In this document: piece by piece, positions 28,628 to 37,236 of the stretch
How positions within the stretch are numbered: position 1 is the stretch's first letter
How the letters are laid out: every line of letters starts with the position of its first letter
Source: a virus
Taxonomy: Duplodnaviria; Caudoviricetes
Strand: one strand, 5' to 3'
IMG/VR virus record: IMGVR_UViG_3300025383_000034
Span: 1-50,109 of that record
Length of the DNA stretch: 50,109 bases
Made by a program: the position numbers and the translations under genes
The notes under the pieces: model-generated
The model's input: the letters and a program-made list of their open reading frames with translations, nothing else
Told to the model about the DNA's origin: nothing
Database searches by the model: none

Positions 28628-28794
28628 ATACCGAACAATTTATTGAGCCACATTGGGAAGCAGAAAAGCAAGCTATAGTGCTAGAGATTATGCACGGACG
28701 CGAAACTTACTCAGAGTATTGGCAACTTATGCAGGAGTTTGAGAGTATTCTTAGACAACAGATTGAGGACGAAAGAAAGAAGGATTTGGCATGA
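28624..28794 (+). CDS. Hypothetical protein
   Basis: ATGA-coupled. Confidence 0.6.
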   Translation: MNTEQFIEPHWEAEKQAIVLEIMHGRETYSEYWQLMQEFESILRQQIEDERKKDLA

Positions 28795-28973
28795 GCGATT
28801 CTCATTATCAAACAGAGCTGGATGTTTTCTGCACATGGTGCGAGAAAGAGTTTAAGGACGTAATGGTGTGGGTGGGCGAAGAGTGGAATAGCTGGGATTG
28901 CCCCGAATGTGGCAAGCCAATGCTGGATGACAACCACGGGCGAAACAACAGCAGCTGGGCTAACCTGATATGA
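28791..28973 (+). CDS. Small zinc-ribbon protein
   Basis: CTWC and CPEC motifs. Confidence 0.65.
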   Translation: MSDSHYQTELDVFCTWCEKEFKDVMVWVGEEWNSWDCPECGKPMLDDNHGRNNSSWANLI

Positions 28974-29263
28974 AAGCTAAGCCAAGTGAGATTAAAAAGA
29001 TGGCTGCGCTACTGGAAACAGACGCAGATAGCAGCGAGGATATGGCTGTTAAGGTGTGGGAGTTAGTAGAGCAGATTACTGCTGCCCGTACAGCCTACAT
29101 GGCTGTCGTGGTACATCCGTCTATCAAGGTAGCTATCGCCATTGGCCCATACAACACACTCAACCAACTGCATAAAGACTATGCCAAGCATTGTGGTAAG
29201 ATAGACGACAGCTCGTATGGTATAGTTGCGACAGTACGCGATCCAAGTATTCCGTCAAGCTAG
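28970..29263 (+). CDS. Hypothetical protein
   Basis: 97 aa, last plus-strand gene. Confidence 0.7.
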   Translation: MKAKPSEIKKMAALLETDADSSEDMAVKVWELVEQITAARTAYMAVVVHPSIKVAIAIGPYNTLNQLHKDYAKHCGKIDDSSYGIVATVRDPSIPSS

Positions 29264-29312
29264 GGGGAGAACCTTCCTTAGTCGCGGTAGCTCAACCGTC
29301 TAGCGAATGAGC

Positions 29313-29353
29313 AGCATAGCCCCGCCAGAGCCTTTCCTGGTGGGGTTTGTGCT
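29313..29353. terminator. Hairpin between convergent transcription units
   Basis: AGCATAGCCCCGCCAG...CTGGTGGGGTTTGTGCT. Confidence 0.65.
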
Positions 29354-29531
29354 ATCGCTTGGGATTATCAGTGGAGTAAAAACCACCAGCGTTGAACTTA
29401 ATAGGCACTACGCCAAAGACCTTGGACATAGGAATACCGCAGCACAATGGCGCTGCAATGTCATCATGGATAGAGCCTTCTACTTCTGTTTCAATGTTGC
29501 AGATACTGCAACGGTAATCATACTTCGGCAC
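29352..29531 (-). CDS. FmdB-family zinc-ribbon protein (59 aa; not in ORF track)
   Basis: MPKYDYRCSIC...CCGIPMSKVF...KFNAGGFYSTD. Confidence 0.8.
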   Translation of the reverse strand: MPKYDYRCSICNIETEVEGSIHDDIAAPLCCGIPMSKVFGVVPIKFNAGGFYSTDNPKR

Positions 29532-30159
29532 TACTCTTCCTCTCCCATGGATCCTGTCCGCCTAGCTCTTTAATCAAGCGCTTTAGCGCGCTTTTAATTC
29601 TACGCTCAGAAGATGAGCGAGAGATATGCAACGACTCTGCAATATCCTCAAAGCTCAACTGCTCCTGGAACTTCATCTGCAATATCAACTGGTCATCTGG
29701 CTCTAGCTTGGCAAGCGCCTTGCGCACATCGAAGATAGAGATAATGTAGTTGCCACCCTCGCTAGGGTTACCACCACCACTGACCTTAGCCTTGGTTGGA
29801 TCCTGCGTAGGAACACTGTCTGACCAGACAAAGGGAAGCAACTCGCCAAGAACCTCAGCAGAATAGAACGCTTCGTCTCTTAATTCGTATCCCGCCGCTT
29901 GCGCTTTAGCTCGTCGGCAATACTTATCAGCATGGCGTTGCAAAGTTTTGGCCAGATACTTAACACCAGTGCGGTAATCTTCAGTATCTTGCGGATGATC
30001 AAGCCATTCCTTGACCTTGTTCTCACGGCGTAAGACCCAGACCAGGCACTCTTGTCTAACATCCGCAACATCAAAGTAAGTGTGGTATTTCTTGTGTACC
30101 TGCCGCGCAACAGTCTTTGCAATATCTTGTGCTTCATATAGCCACGTTTCGTTGGTCAA
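29518..30159 (-). CDS. Phage sigma-70-like factor
   Basis: Region-2-like DVRQECLVWVL; region-4 HTH LSFEDIAESLHISRSSSERRIKSALKRL. Confidence 0.8.
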   Translation of the reverse strand: MTNETWLYEAQDIAKTVARQVHKKYHTYFDVADVRQECLVWVLRRENKVKEWLDHPQDTEDYRTGVKYLAKTLQRHADKYCRRAKAQAAGYELRDEAFYSAEVLGELLPFVWSDSVPTQDPTKAKVSGGGNPSEGGNYIISIFDVRKALAKLEPDDQLILQMKFQEQLSFEDIAESLHISRSSSERRIKSALKRLIKELGGQDPWERKSSAEV

Positions 30160-30626
30160 TCTAATACCTCTGGATCATGTAAGAACTTCTGCGGTACGGC
30201 GTAGCAAGGAACGGGCATGCTCGTATCCCAGAACTGGTCTTGCAAGCCTTCCCAGCCCCATAGCCAGCCGACAATCAGCGCGGTATAGTGACCGTCAATA
30301 GTGACAAAGAAGTAGCGCCTATCGGGCGCGTCGTCCTTCTGAAAGAGTAGCTTGCCATGGGCATAGGCAGTAGAGCGAACCTCATGTCCACCCACGTCAC
30401 CCTTCTTGCGGTCCTTAAATAGCGTGGTAGGAAACTTATCCATCCAGCGCGCAACTGCTAGCTCTGCTAGTACGCCACCAATCTCACGGGCGATAGCCTC
30501 TGGCCATGTCTTGCTGACCTTGGACATTTCTGCACCGTTGTCACGGTTAAAGTTGTAACGCTCAACAGCCTCAATGGTTGCGTAGGTTACATCGCCAACA
30601 CTCAGACCAACTTTTACCAGCGCCAT
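30156..30626 (-). CDS. Hypothetical protein, possible restriction-endonuclease-like fold
   Basis: E.AVA...GDVG..EVRS pattern. Confidence 0.5.
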   Translation of the reverse strand: MALVKVGLSVGDVTYATIEAVERYNFNRDNGAEMSKVSKTWPEAIAREIGGVLAELAVARWMDKFPTTLFKDRKKGDVGGHEVRSTAYAHGKLLFQKDDAPDRRYFFVTIDGHYTALIVGWLWGWEGLQDQFWDTSMPVPCYAVPQKFLHDPEVLD

Positions 30627-31351
30627 GTTTTCTTATTCACGGTGAAAGATTTGTTAATGATTGGCACAAGCTGCGGGGTAACAGTTTTACCGTCTACATG
30701 CAGGATAGCAAAGCCTTGCTGCCACGTGAACAAGCCTGCTCGGATATAACGAGCATGCTTTAAGTTCATAAGGTGACCAACTTCCAAACCCCAAACAGTT
30801 TTTCCTTTACCAGCCCAACTCTGCGTCCAATGGGTAAGTCCCATTCGGTGCGTATGTCCGCAGACAACACTAACGCCTGCTCTCTTTGCAAGTCCAAGTG
30901 CAGTTGCTCCAGCAGTAGGCTGGATGTTGCCTTCATCTCCATGGACAAGTATCCAATTAGGCGCAAGTTCGTAGGGTTGATGGTGATATGTAATTCCAAG
31001 GTCGTCAAGCTTGAGGAACTTCTCAATCTCCAACTCAGGTAAGCCGAGCAATCCTGGGGCTTTAGATTTAAGCTTGTTATACAGTCTGTCACTGTGGTTT
31101 GACCTGCTGATATGCTTGATATTAAGTGACTCAAGTAGTCGGACGGTAATATCTCGGTGCTTTCCAATGTCATACTTCCACTCTCCGCCTGATCCTTCTT
31201 CCCATCGGCTGATTTGGGGAAAGTCAATCTCATCTCCAACGCTTACTACTTCATCTGGCTTGTATGCCTTAATGAACTTGGCGAGCGCCGTGGTGGCTTG
31301 CTCGTCATGGTATGGAGCTTGCAGGTCGCTAACGACCACTATAGTTTTCAC
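30614..31351 (-). CDS. Calcineurin-like metallophosphoesterase
   Basis: SDLQ, GDEID, SNH, HGD and GHTH motifs. Confidence 0.88.
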   Translation of the reverse strand: MKTIVVVSDLQAPYHDEQATTALAKFIKAYKPDEVVSVGDEIDFPQISRWEEGSGGEWKYDIGKHRDITVRLLESLNIKHISRSNHSDRLYNKLKSKAPGLLGLPELEIEKFLKLDDLGITYHHQPYELAPNWILVHGDEGNIQPTAGATALGLAKRAGVSVVCGHTHRMGLTHWTQSWAGKGKTVWGLEVGHLMNLKHARYIRAGLFTWQQGFAILHVDGKTVTPQLVPIINKSFTVNKKTWRW

Positions 31352-31659
31352 TCAGGCCAAGTCCCGTCCAACACCATTAAAGCAATGGCGCTATAGTTGA
31401 GCATATCTAGGAAGCTATCGCGTAGCGATTCGTTCTTTGCATCTTTGCCTGTATCGACAAGGTTGTTGATACGAGCAAACTTATCCCACATGCGCACACG
31501 CAGTCCGTTGAGTGGACCGCCAGGTGACTGAGAGATATTCTTAGGACCGTAATCGTGGTGCTTCTTGAGAAGCAGGTTGCCAGCGCCATCGAAGATGGCC
31601 CACATGTTCACGCTAAAATCATCTACTGGTTCTTCAACTAGCTGGATTTTCTCGGTCAT
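31348..31659 (-). CDS. DUF1599/nucleotide-modification-associated domain protein
   Basis: KHHDYG, RMWDKFARI and ESLRDSFLDMLNY motifs. Confidence 0.75.
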   Translation of the reverse strand: MTEKIQLVEEPVDDFSVNMWAIFDGAGNLLLKKHHDYGPKNISQSPGGPLNGLRVRMWDKFARINNLVDTGKDAKNESLRDSFLDMLNYSAIALMVLDGTWPE

Positions 31660-31846
31660 TCAACCTACCCCTTTTCATGGTCTTCTCACCTTTGTATATA
31701 TAATTATCTGTATTAGGATCTAAATCATAGCACACATATGTGATAGAAGTATCATCATATGAGATGGGCGATTCGATTTGGTCTAAGACCCAGAAGGCTA
31801 GCGATACTCGTCCGCCGTCAAGCGGACCGCCGATAAATTCTTTCAC
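31634..31846 (-). CDS. Hypothetical protein
   Basis: FIGGPLDG motif; coupled. Confidence 0.65.
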   Translation of the reverse strand: MKEFIGGPLDGGRVSLAFWVLDQIESPISYDDTSITYVCYDLDPNTDNYIYKGEKTMKRGRLNDRENPAS

Positions 31847-32400
31847 GACTCTTGGCTGTAAATAATCGCAGGCTCGGAAGTATTGTGATCGTACTGGCTG
31901 GCTATCTTGATAGCGGCTTTAATCTGCGCCACTGCTTCGTCAGCGGTCTTAGGTACGCCGTATGCAGAGAGAGCGCCTATGGCATAGGCAGCGCCAGAGC
32001 CAGCAGCATAGATGTTGCGCTTGTCTCTAGCCCATGTCCAGTCATCACCAATGGCATAGATAGTAGAGCTAAGCGAGACGAGAATAGTGTTGCCTATATC
32101 TTTGTCTGGCGTGTAGCCAATGTCCTCGTATTCAGCTTTCCATACGGGGATTAGTTCGGTAGTAAAGAACTTATCTAGCGCGTCAATGCTGCCATCGGTA
32201 GGCGGCTTAGGAAACGCAAAAGAGTGTTGCATAATCTGCGCTGTACGAAAGTCACCAGCGACAGCCAGGATGTACCCACTTTTTCTAAAAATTTTTCCAG
32301 CATTTTTGGGCAGGTCTACTATAGCGCCGTCGTCAATGACGCGGCTGTCAGCACCAATGACAGACCAGCCGTTGCCCTGTACCCCTGCAAGAGTTGTCAT
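31843..32400 (-). CDS. Ntn-hydrolase of the proteasome-beta/HslV type
   Basis: N-terminal MTT, ADSR, KIF, AGD and GSG motifs. Confidence 0.85.
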   Translation of the reverse strand: MTTLAGVQGNGWSVIGADSRVIDDGAIVDLPKNAGKIFRKSGYILAVAGDFRTAQIMQHSFAFPKPPTDGSIDALDKFFTTELIPVWKAEYEDIGYTPDKDIGNTILVSLSSTIYAIGDDWTWARDKRNIYAAGSGAAYAIGALSAYGVPKTADEAVAQIKAAIKIASQYDHNTSEPAIIYSQES

Positions 32401-33113
32401 GTTTTAAGCCTCGCTTCTGCTATGTCGCAATACTCTTTGCTAATTTCGCTGCCAATATAGGTACGATTATGAAGCTTTGCCATCTTGGCCGTAGTGCCAC
32501 TGCCCATGAATGGATCATACACTATGCCCCCCCCCCTGCTCCATGAAAGGATATGGTCTTCTGCCAGCTGTTCTGGAAAGGGGGCTGGATGCTTTACGCC
32601 ATTAAAAGATGTGGTGTATTTCCAGATATTGTTGCGTGGTGAAAAATCAGGAACGGGATTTTTAAGTTTGCCTGAAAAATCTTTATGTCCAGCCCATTTA
32701 TTTGGCTTATCGCAGATAAGTTGATTGATAACTTTGCCCTTGGCAAAGATAAACATGTATTCAAAGATTTGGGTATAGCGATTACTGTCAGCCCGAGCAG
32801 GATAAGCGGGGCTATTTTTTTCATATATCATCGTGTCGTGTAACTTAAAACCAATAGACTTAAAGTACAATGCTTGCTTAAAGCTACTGCCAGTCTCGGA
32901 ACCTTTGTGAGTAGCGTCTCCTACTACCCAAACAACTACCCCGTCTGTTTTGGTTACACGGTATAACTCATTGGCTATAGCCTCAAAGTCAAACGAATAA
33001 CCATTGTATTCGCGCAAATCGTCGTACGGCGGTGAGGTTAAAGTTAAGTCAATAAAATTATCTTCCATACGAGCCATCGTGTCCAAACAATTTTCATTGT
33101 AAATAACGTTCAC
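32397..33113 (-). CDS. DNA N4-cytosine/N6-adenine methyltransferase (beta class)
   Basis: TSPPY, HPAPFP and DPFMGSGTT motifs. Confidence 0.92.
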   Translation of the reverse strand: MNVIYNENCLDTMARMEDNFIDLTLTSPPYDDLREYNGYSFDFEAIANELYRVTKTDGVVVWVVGDATHKGSETGSSFKQALYFKSIGFKLHDTMIYEKNSPAYPARADSNRYTQIFEYMFIFAKGKVINQLICDKPNKWAGHKDFSGKLKNPVPDFSPRNNIWKYTTSFNGVKHPAPFPEQLAEDHILSWSRGGGIVYDPFMGSGTTAKMAKLHNRTYIGSEISKEYCDIAEARLKT

Positions 33114-33745
33114 GCAGCAATCCGTTCAAAGAACCAGTCCACGCCATTGGCTAGGTACAAATCATTCACGTCCTGATTGCCTGGCAGGTGAACTACGGTG
33201 GCTGTATTTAAATCTTCCTTGATACGCTTGGCTAGCTCCTGACCAGGGTTGCGACCATCTTCCTTTATGTCGTTATCAGCGAATATAAGTATTCTTTTAT
33301 ACGACTCAAATAGCTTTGGAAAGTGCTGCTTCCACTGAGAAACGCCAGCAACCCCAACAGCAGGTATGCCGACAAGACCACTAAGCACAACCGTGTCAAG
33401 CTCACCCTCGCAGATTGCGATTGTCTCTGACCTTTGGTGTAAATCCATGACATTGAATAGTCCTATCTTCTGCCCAGTGGGCCATAGATACTTGGGCGTA
33501 CCGTCATCTAGTCGTCGGAACTTAATGCCGACCACACCAGCAGGAGTACGGTAAGGGATGCTAAGCATGCCGACAGCCATCTCATGTCCAGCGCTAGGCT
33601 CCACGACGCTTCCAAGCTGGAAGGTACTTGCCACCTCTGGAGTTATTCCCCGCGCTTGAAGGTAAGCCAATGCCTGATCGTTTATGTTGTGTGCGTACCG
33701 TTGCGCTGCTTCCGTTAGCAAGGCTCTCTGCTCTGCGTTTAACAT
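33110..33745 (-). CDS. DNA primase, catalytic TOPRIM part
   Basis: YL.ARG, KYL.P, CEGELD, DND and DVND motifs. Confidence 0.88.
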   Translation of the reverse strand: MLNAEQRALLTEAAQRYAHNINDQALAYLQARGITPEVASTFQLGSVVEPSAGHEMAVGMLSIPYRTPAGVVGIKFRRLDDGTPKYLWPTGQKIGLFNVMDLHQRSETIAICEGELDTVVLSGLVGIPAVGVAGVSQWKQHFPKLFESYKRILIFADNDIKEDGRNPGQELAKRIKEDLNTATVVHLPGNQDVNDLYLANGVDWFFERIAA

Positions 33746-33965
33746 CACCAAACTCCTTTAAGTTCTCTTTACGTGCGACCAAATCATACACGTCTCCGAG
33801 CAGTTGGCACACTAGACAGTTGTACTTCTGCTCATCTAAGTTGTAAGCCGCGCTTGCGTGGCTGTCATCATGTACCACGCACTTGCATGGCACCCATCCA
33901 TAACGATCCGATACTGATACACCGTAAGACTCAAGCACTGCTGCAAGGTCAGGCTTGCTCGTCAT
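33594..33965 (-). CDS. DNA primase, zinc-binding (CHC2) part
   Basis: CVVHDDSHAS...YNCLVC...GDV motif. Confidence 0.85.
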   Translation of the reverse strand: MTSKPDLAAVLESYGVSVSDRYGWVPCKCVVHDDSHASAAYNLDEQKYNCLVCQLLGDVYDLVARKENLKEFGDVKRRAESLANGSSATVRTQHKRSGIGLPSSAGNNSRGGKYLPAWKRRGA

Positions 33966-34122
33966 AGTTTTTTCTTATATGTTCGGCTGCTTCGATGTAA
34001 CCATCCCTGCGCAGGAAATGAATGATAAGTTCTTTAACGTACTTCTGACTCAAAGAACGACCAGCTTTAACGCCATGGTTCCAGCCTTTATCAAAGGCTA
34101 ATCTTTCACCATAATCAATCAT
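33949..34122 (-). CDS. Hypothetical protein (57 aa)
   Basis: Begins MIDYGERLAFDKGWNHG; fills the operon gap. Confidence 0.55.
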   Translation of the reverse strand: MIDYGERLAFDKGWNHGVKAGRSLSQKYVKELIIHFLRRDGYIEAAEHIRKNYDEQA

Positions 34123-34471
34123 GTATCTTCGCCCACTGTTCCAGGGTCTGCACTACCCATGCTTGGTCAATGCCTGCCATGCGGCGCTTGACGATGACAT
34201 AGGATGGTGGCACATCTTCTAGTCCTCTAGCCTTTGCATAATTCTGCGCTTCAACCGTAGCCTCACGCCAGAACTGGGGAAGATCCATCTTAGCCGTTGC
34301 CTTTAACTCAAACACGTAGGGCTTACCAGCGACGATAAGAACAAGGTCACCCTCGTCATTAGCGCCTGCCCTGGCAAGCCTTTCCGTGATTGCCTTCGGT
34401 AGTCTTCCCCTAAACCACCGAAGAACATCTGTCTCAAAGGCGGAGCCTTTGCGCTTACCGTATGTACTCAT
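34115..34471 (-). CDS. Holliday junction resolvase (Hjc-like PD-(D/E)XK)
   Basis: KRKGSAFE, DEGDL and ELK motifs. Confidence 0.8.
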   Translation of the reverse strand: MSTYGKRKGSAFETDVLRWFRGRLPKAITERLARAGANDEGDLVLIVAGKPYVFELKATAKMDLPQFWREATVEAQNYAKARGLEDVPPSYVIVKRRMAGIDQAWVVQTLEQWAKIHD

Positions 34472-34752
34472 TAGCAGTCGGCACTATTAGGTTCGGTGGT
34501 TATGGCGTTGTCGGTTTTGTAAATCATGGTACCGTTATTGCAAAATTCAGTTACGCCATTTTGAAGATTAACAACGCCATGTTGAGGCTTAGAGTTTTTA
34601 TTATGCTCGTTGGTTAAATGAATCGAAAGAACAATAATAAAGATAAACCAAACAAGCGCCAGCGGAAGAATAAACGGAGCTACCTTATCTCGCTGCGCTG
34701 CCTTCTGCCAGTAAATATCCCAAGGATTTTCTGGGCTTGCCTTCTGTTTCAT
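34471..34752 (-). CDS. Single-pass membrane protein
   Basis: Hydrophobic FILPLALVWFIFIIVLSI segment. Confidence 0.65.
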   Translation of the reverse strand: MKQKASPENPWDIYWQKAAQRDKVAPFILPLALVWFIFIIVLSIHLTNEHNKNSKPQHGVVNLQNGVTEFCNNGTMIYKTDNAITTEPNSADC

Positions 34753-34862
34753 TTTGTCTCCTTCTCTACAGCTTCCTTGAATTTATCAAGCTTTGCATTG
34801 AGGCAGTCATCGCATTTGCACATGTGCAAAATTTCAAACCTAATAGCATCTGATTGCTTCAT
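34749..34862 (-). CDS. Small hypothetical protein (37 aa)
   Basis: ATGA-coupled at both ends; CKCDDC motif. Confidence 0.55.
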   Translation of the reverse strand: MKQSDAIRFEILHMCKCDDCLNAKLDKFKEAVEKETK

Positions 34863-34996
34863 AGCCCAAGTATCTCACATAGGTCGGAAGCGTTGTGCTT
34901 CATAAGGAAACGACGCGCCAATGACATTTCCTCTGGGGTGTTGTCCACTAGGACAATATGTTCTGCGGTGACAAAGTAATCTTCTTTACTGGCCAT
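34859..34996 (-). CDS. Small hypothetical protein (45 aa)
   Basis: MASKEDYF start overlaps the helicase stop region. Confidence 0.55.
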   Translation of the reverse strand: MASKEDYFVTAEHIVLVDNTPEEMSLARRFLMKHNASDLCEILGL

Positions 34997-35807
34997 ACGC
35001 GTACCCAATCTGCTCTGTTGATCTGTAGTTATATACAAGCATGCGGGAAGCATCTGTCCATAGGGATACATACTGAGCGCCACTGGCGCTGTTCTTAGCA
35101 AAGCGGTTCTTAACAGCCGCAATTCTAAACTCACCTGTATAAGGCAGAAGGGCTACGGTAATAATCATTTCAGGCAGCTGAGAGATTTTACCTTGAATGG
35201 ACTTGCGACTCGGTGGCATATCTGCCTGACCCTCACCTTCGCTGGTGTGGTGTAGCAGGAATACCGCTGCCTCTGTCTCTCTAGCAATGTGGTGCATTGC
35301 CTTGGCTATCTCACGCAGACCAGACCATTCGTTTTCGTGCATAGACACAACGTTCATGGCATTGTCCACTATGAGCAGGTGGGGATACTCACCGTATGCC
35401 TCAGCATACGCGTCAATGGCTAGATAAATTTCGTCCAGAGTAGGTGACGGTGCAAAATCAAACTGAAGGTGGCTAATGCTATCCAGTTGATCCGAATAAA
35501 ACTGAGTGCCTTCTTCAGTGGCAAAGCCTTCTTCCACCGTTGATACTCTGTGACCGCTAATCATAGCGGCAGCGCGAATCGCAGTCGTGTAAGCATCAGT
35601 ATCAGCGCTGATATACAGCGTTGGTACTTTCATGTGAACGGCAAAGTGCAATGCCAACAATGACTTACCAGCGTTAGGAGCGCCAGCAATCATTGTCAAC
35701 TGCCCCCGCCTGAACCTAATCCCTTCGTTCTGAAGCGTTGGGAATAGGTCAGGCAAGATAGCATGGTCATTGGTTGACTTAGCCGCTGCTTGCGACAGCG
35801 ATAGCAT
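34986..35807 (-). CDS. DnaB-like replicative helicase (ATPase domain only)
   Basis: GAPNAGKS Walker A, LLIVDN Walker B, KNRF arginine finger. Confidence 0.85.
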   Translation of the reverse strand: MLSLSQAAAKSTNDHAILPDLFPTLQNEGIRFRRGQLTMIAGAPNAGKSLLALHFAVHMKVPTLYISADTDAYTTAIRAAAMISGHRVSTVEEGFATEEGTQFYSDQLDSISHLQFDFAPSPTLDEIYLAIDAYAEAYGEYPHLLIVDNAMNVVSMHENEWSGLREIAKAMHHIARETEAAVFLLHHTSEGEGQADMPPSRKSIQGKISQLPEMIITVALLPYTGEFRIAAVKNRFAKNSASGAQYVSLWTDASRMLVYNYRSTEQIGYAYGQ

Positions 35808-35810
35808 TAA

Positions 35811-36239
35811 CTATGCAGACTTAGTACGGCACTGGTTGGCGCGGTCAGGGCTGGTGCAAGAGTAGAAAGCGTTGTATGGCTTTCCTGTCTTAGATGACAC
35901 GCCACCCTGCACGAACTTCATTGGTCCGTGAACGCAGGTTGGTGTTGATCCTGCAATCTGCGGCTGAGCAGGTGCTGCTGCCACTGGTGCTGGTGCAGAC
36001 TTAGCTGCCCACACTGGCTCGTCTGATGCTACTGGTGTAGCGTTCAAGCCAACGACTGCATTGCGTACACCATTGGCATTAGCCAATGAGCCAGAGACTG
36101 CTGCGATTTGCGCAGCAGAGTCTTGAATGTTTGCCAGCGCTGCATCCAGTTCAGCCGCATCGTCAGCGTAGATGTTGATAAGCGTTCCGTCAGCCAACTT
36201 AAAGTTGACCTGGAACTTGGTGTTATTTTGTGCTGCCAT
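35811..36239 (-). CDS. Hypothetical replication/recombination protein with C-terminal Cys/His knuckle
   Basis: AGGAG RBS; CVHG...KTGKPY...C...C motif. Confidence 0.65.
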   Translation of the reverse strand: MAAQNNTKFQVNFKLADGTLINIYADDAAELDAALANIQDSAAQIAAVSGSLANANGVRNAVVGLNATPVASDEPVWAAKSAPAPVAAAPAQPQIAGSTPTCVHGPMKFVQGGVSSKTGKPYNAFYSCTSPDRANQCRTKSA

Positions 36240-36250
36240 ATTCTTTCTCC

Positions 36251-36916
36251 TTATTTTGCTTTAGCTAGTGGGTCAAAATCTTTGGCCAATGGGCCACCGA
36301 CGGCGTAACAATAGTCCTTTACGCCACATGTGCGACACGACATGCCGACATTGGGTAAAAAAATTTCTGCCTGTAAGCCGCGTTCAAACTGGGCAAACAT
36401 CTCCGTTAATACAGGAATGGTCCAGCGCTCAATACCTGCCGATGGTTCCAAGCATGCGCCACGTGCGTCATAGTATGCACCGTAGAGTGGGCGTACACCA
36501 TAGAGCATCTCAATGCAGGACGCGTACACGCCAAGCTGCAAGGATGAGTCAGGTGTGCTGGAGCCAGTCTTTAGATCCACGACAGTGAGTGAGCCATCGA
36601 AGTTCTCTAACACCATATCGGCAAAGCCTTTAATCTTTACATCGCCAAAGGCAACTTCAAAAGGAAGTTCTACCCCTGGCTTACCGTCAGGTGCAATCCA
36701 AATCTTCCACTTGTTGTTCACAAAAGACGATACAAAATCCTGAAGCATCTTGTAGCCGTTCTCGTCCCACCAAGCTTTATCTTCCTTGTTGGGATTGGCT
36801 ACAGTCTTGCGACCACCAGTGCGCCAGTCGTTTGGGTTAGTGCCAGTCTTGCGTTCTACATCACCAATCTGGTCAAGGAACGCTGTATCCCATAGGGCTT
36901 TTAGATCAAGACTCAC
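36251..36916 (-). CDS. Cas4/RecB-like exonuclease, C-terminal catalytic part
   Basis: E....., GFAD, DLKTG, QLGVYA and CRTCGVKDYC motifs. Confidence 0.85.
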   Translation of the reverse strand: MSLDLKALWDTAFLDQIGDVERKTGTNPNDWRTGGRKTVANPNKEDKAWWDENGYKMLQDFVSSFVNNKWKIWIAPDGKPGVELPFEVAFGDVKIKGFADMVLENFDGSLTVVDLKTGSSTPDSSLQLGVYASCIEMLYGVRPLYGAYYDARGACLEPSAGIERWTIPVLTEMFAQFERGLQAEIFLPNVGMSCRTCGVKDYCYAVGGPLAKDFDPLAKAK

Positions 36917-37121
36917 TGGGCACTTCTTCTCCGAGAATAATTTTCTTTGCTTCTAGCAAGCCATCACGACGGCCCTGTGCCTTCTCGGATGTATCTTCAA
37001 CGTTATCGTTGAACGCAATCATAATGCGACGAGCAAGCTCTTTGCGCATGACAATTTCTGTTTCGACAAAAGCTTTCTGGAAAGCTTCCTGGCTAATTAC
37101 CTTTGCTCGTCTAGCACTCAT
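36906..37121 (-). CDS. Hypothetical protein between the nuclease halves
   Basis: Begins MSARRAK; its end carries the RBS for the catalytic half. Confidence 0.6.
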   Translation of the reverse strand: MSARRAKVISQEAFQKAFVETEIVMRKELARRIMIAFNDNVEDTSEKAQGRRDGLLEAKKIILGEEVPSES

Positions 37122-37236
37122 CGTCTTCGATCCATCCATCCCATTGTAGTTCTACTGAGTCAACTGTTTTCATAGACTGAGCCATTGCCCAGACGCTAAG
37201 CTTGTACATAAAACTGCCGTACCATGTTCTAATCAT
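37111..37236 (-). CDS. Hypothetical protein (41 aa; not in ORF track)
   Basis: MIRTWYGSFMYKLSVWAMAQSMKTVDSVELQWDGWIEDDEC; TAATG-coupled. Confidence 0.55.
   Translation of the reverse strand: MIRTWYGSFMYKLSVWAMAQSMKTVDSVELQWDGWIEDDEC

Noticed and set aside
29281-29312. tRNA-like start GTCGCGG-TAGCTCAA...GAGC
   Set aside because: Only a D-arm-like stem is present; there is no anticodon arm, TTC T-loop or acceptor partner.
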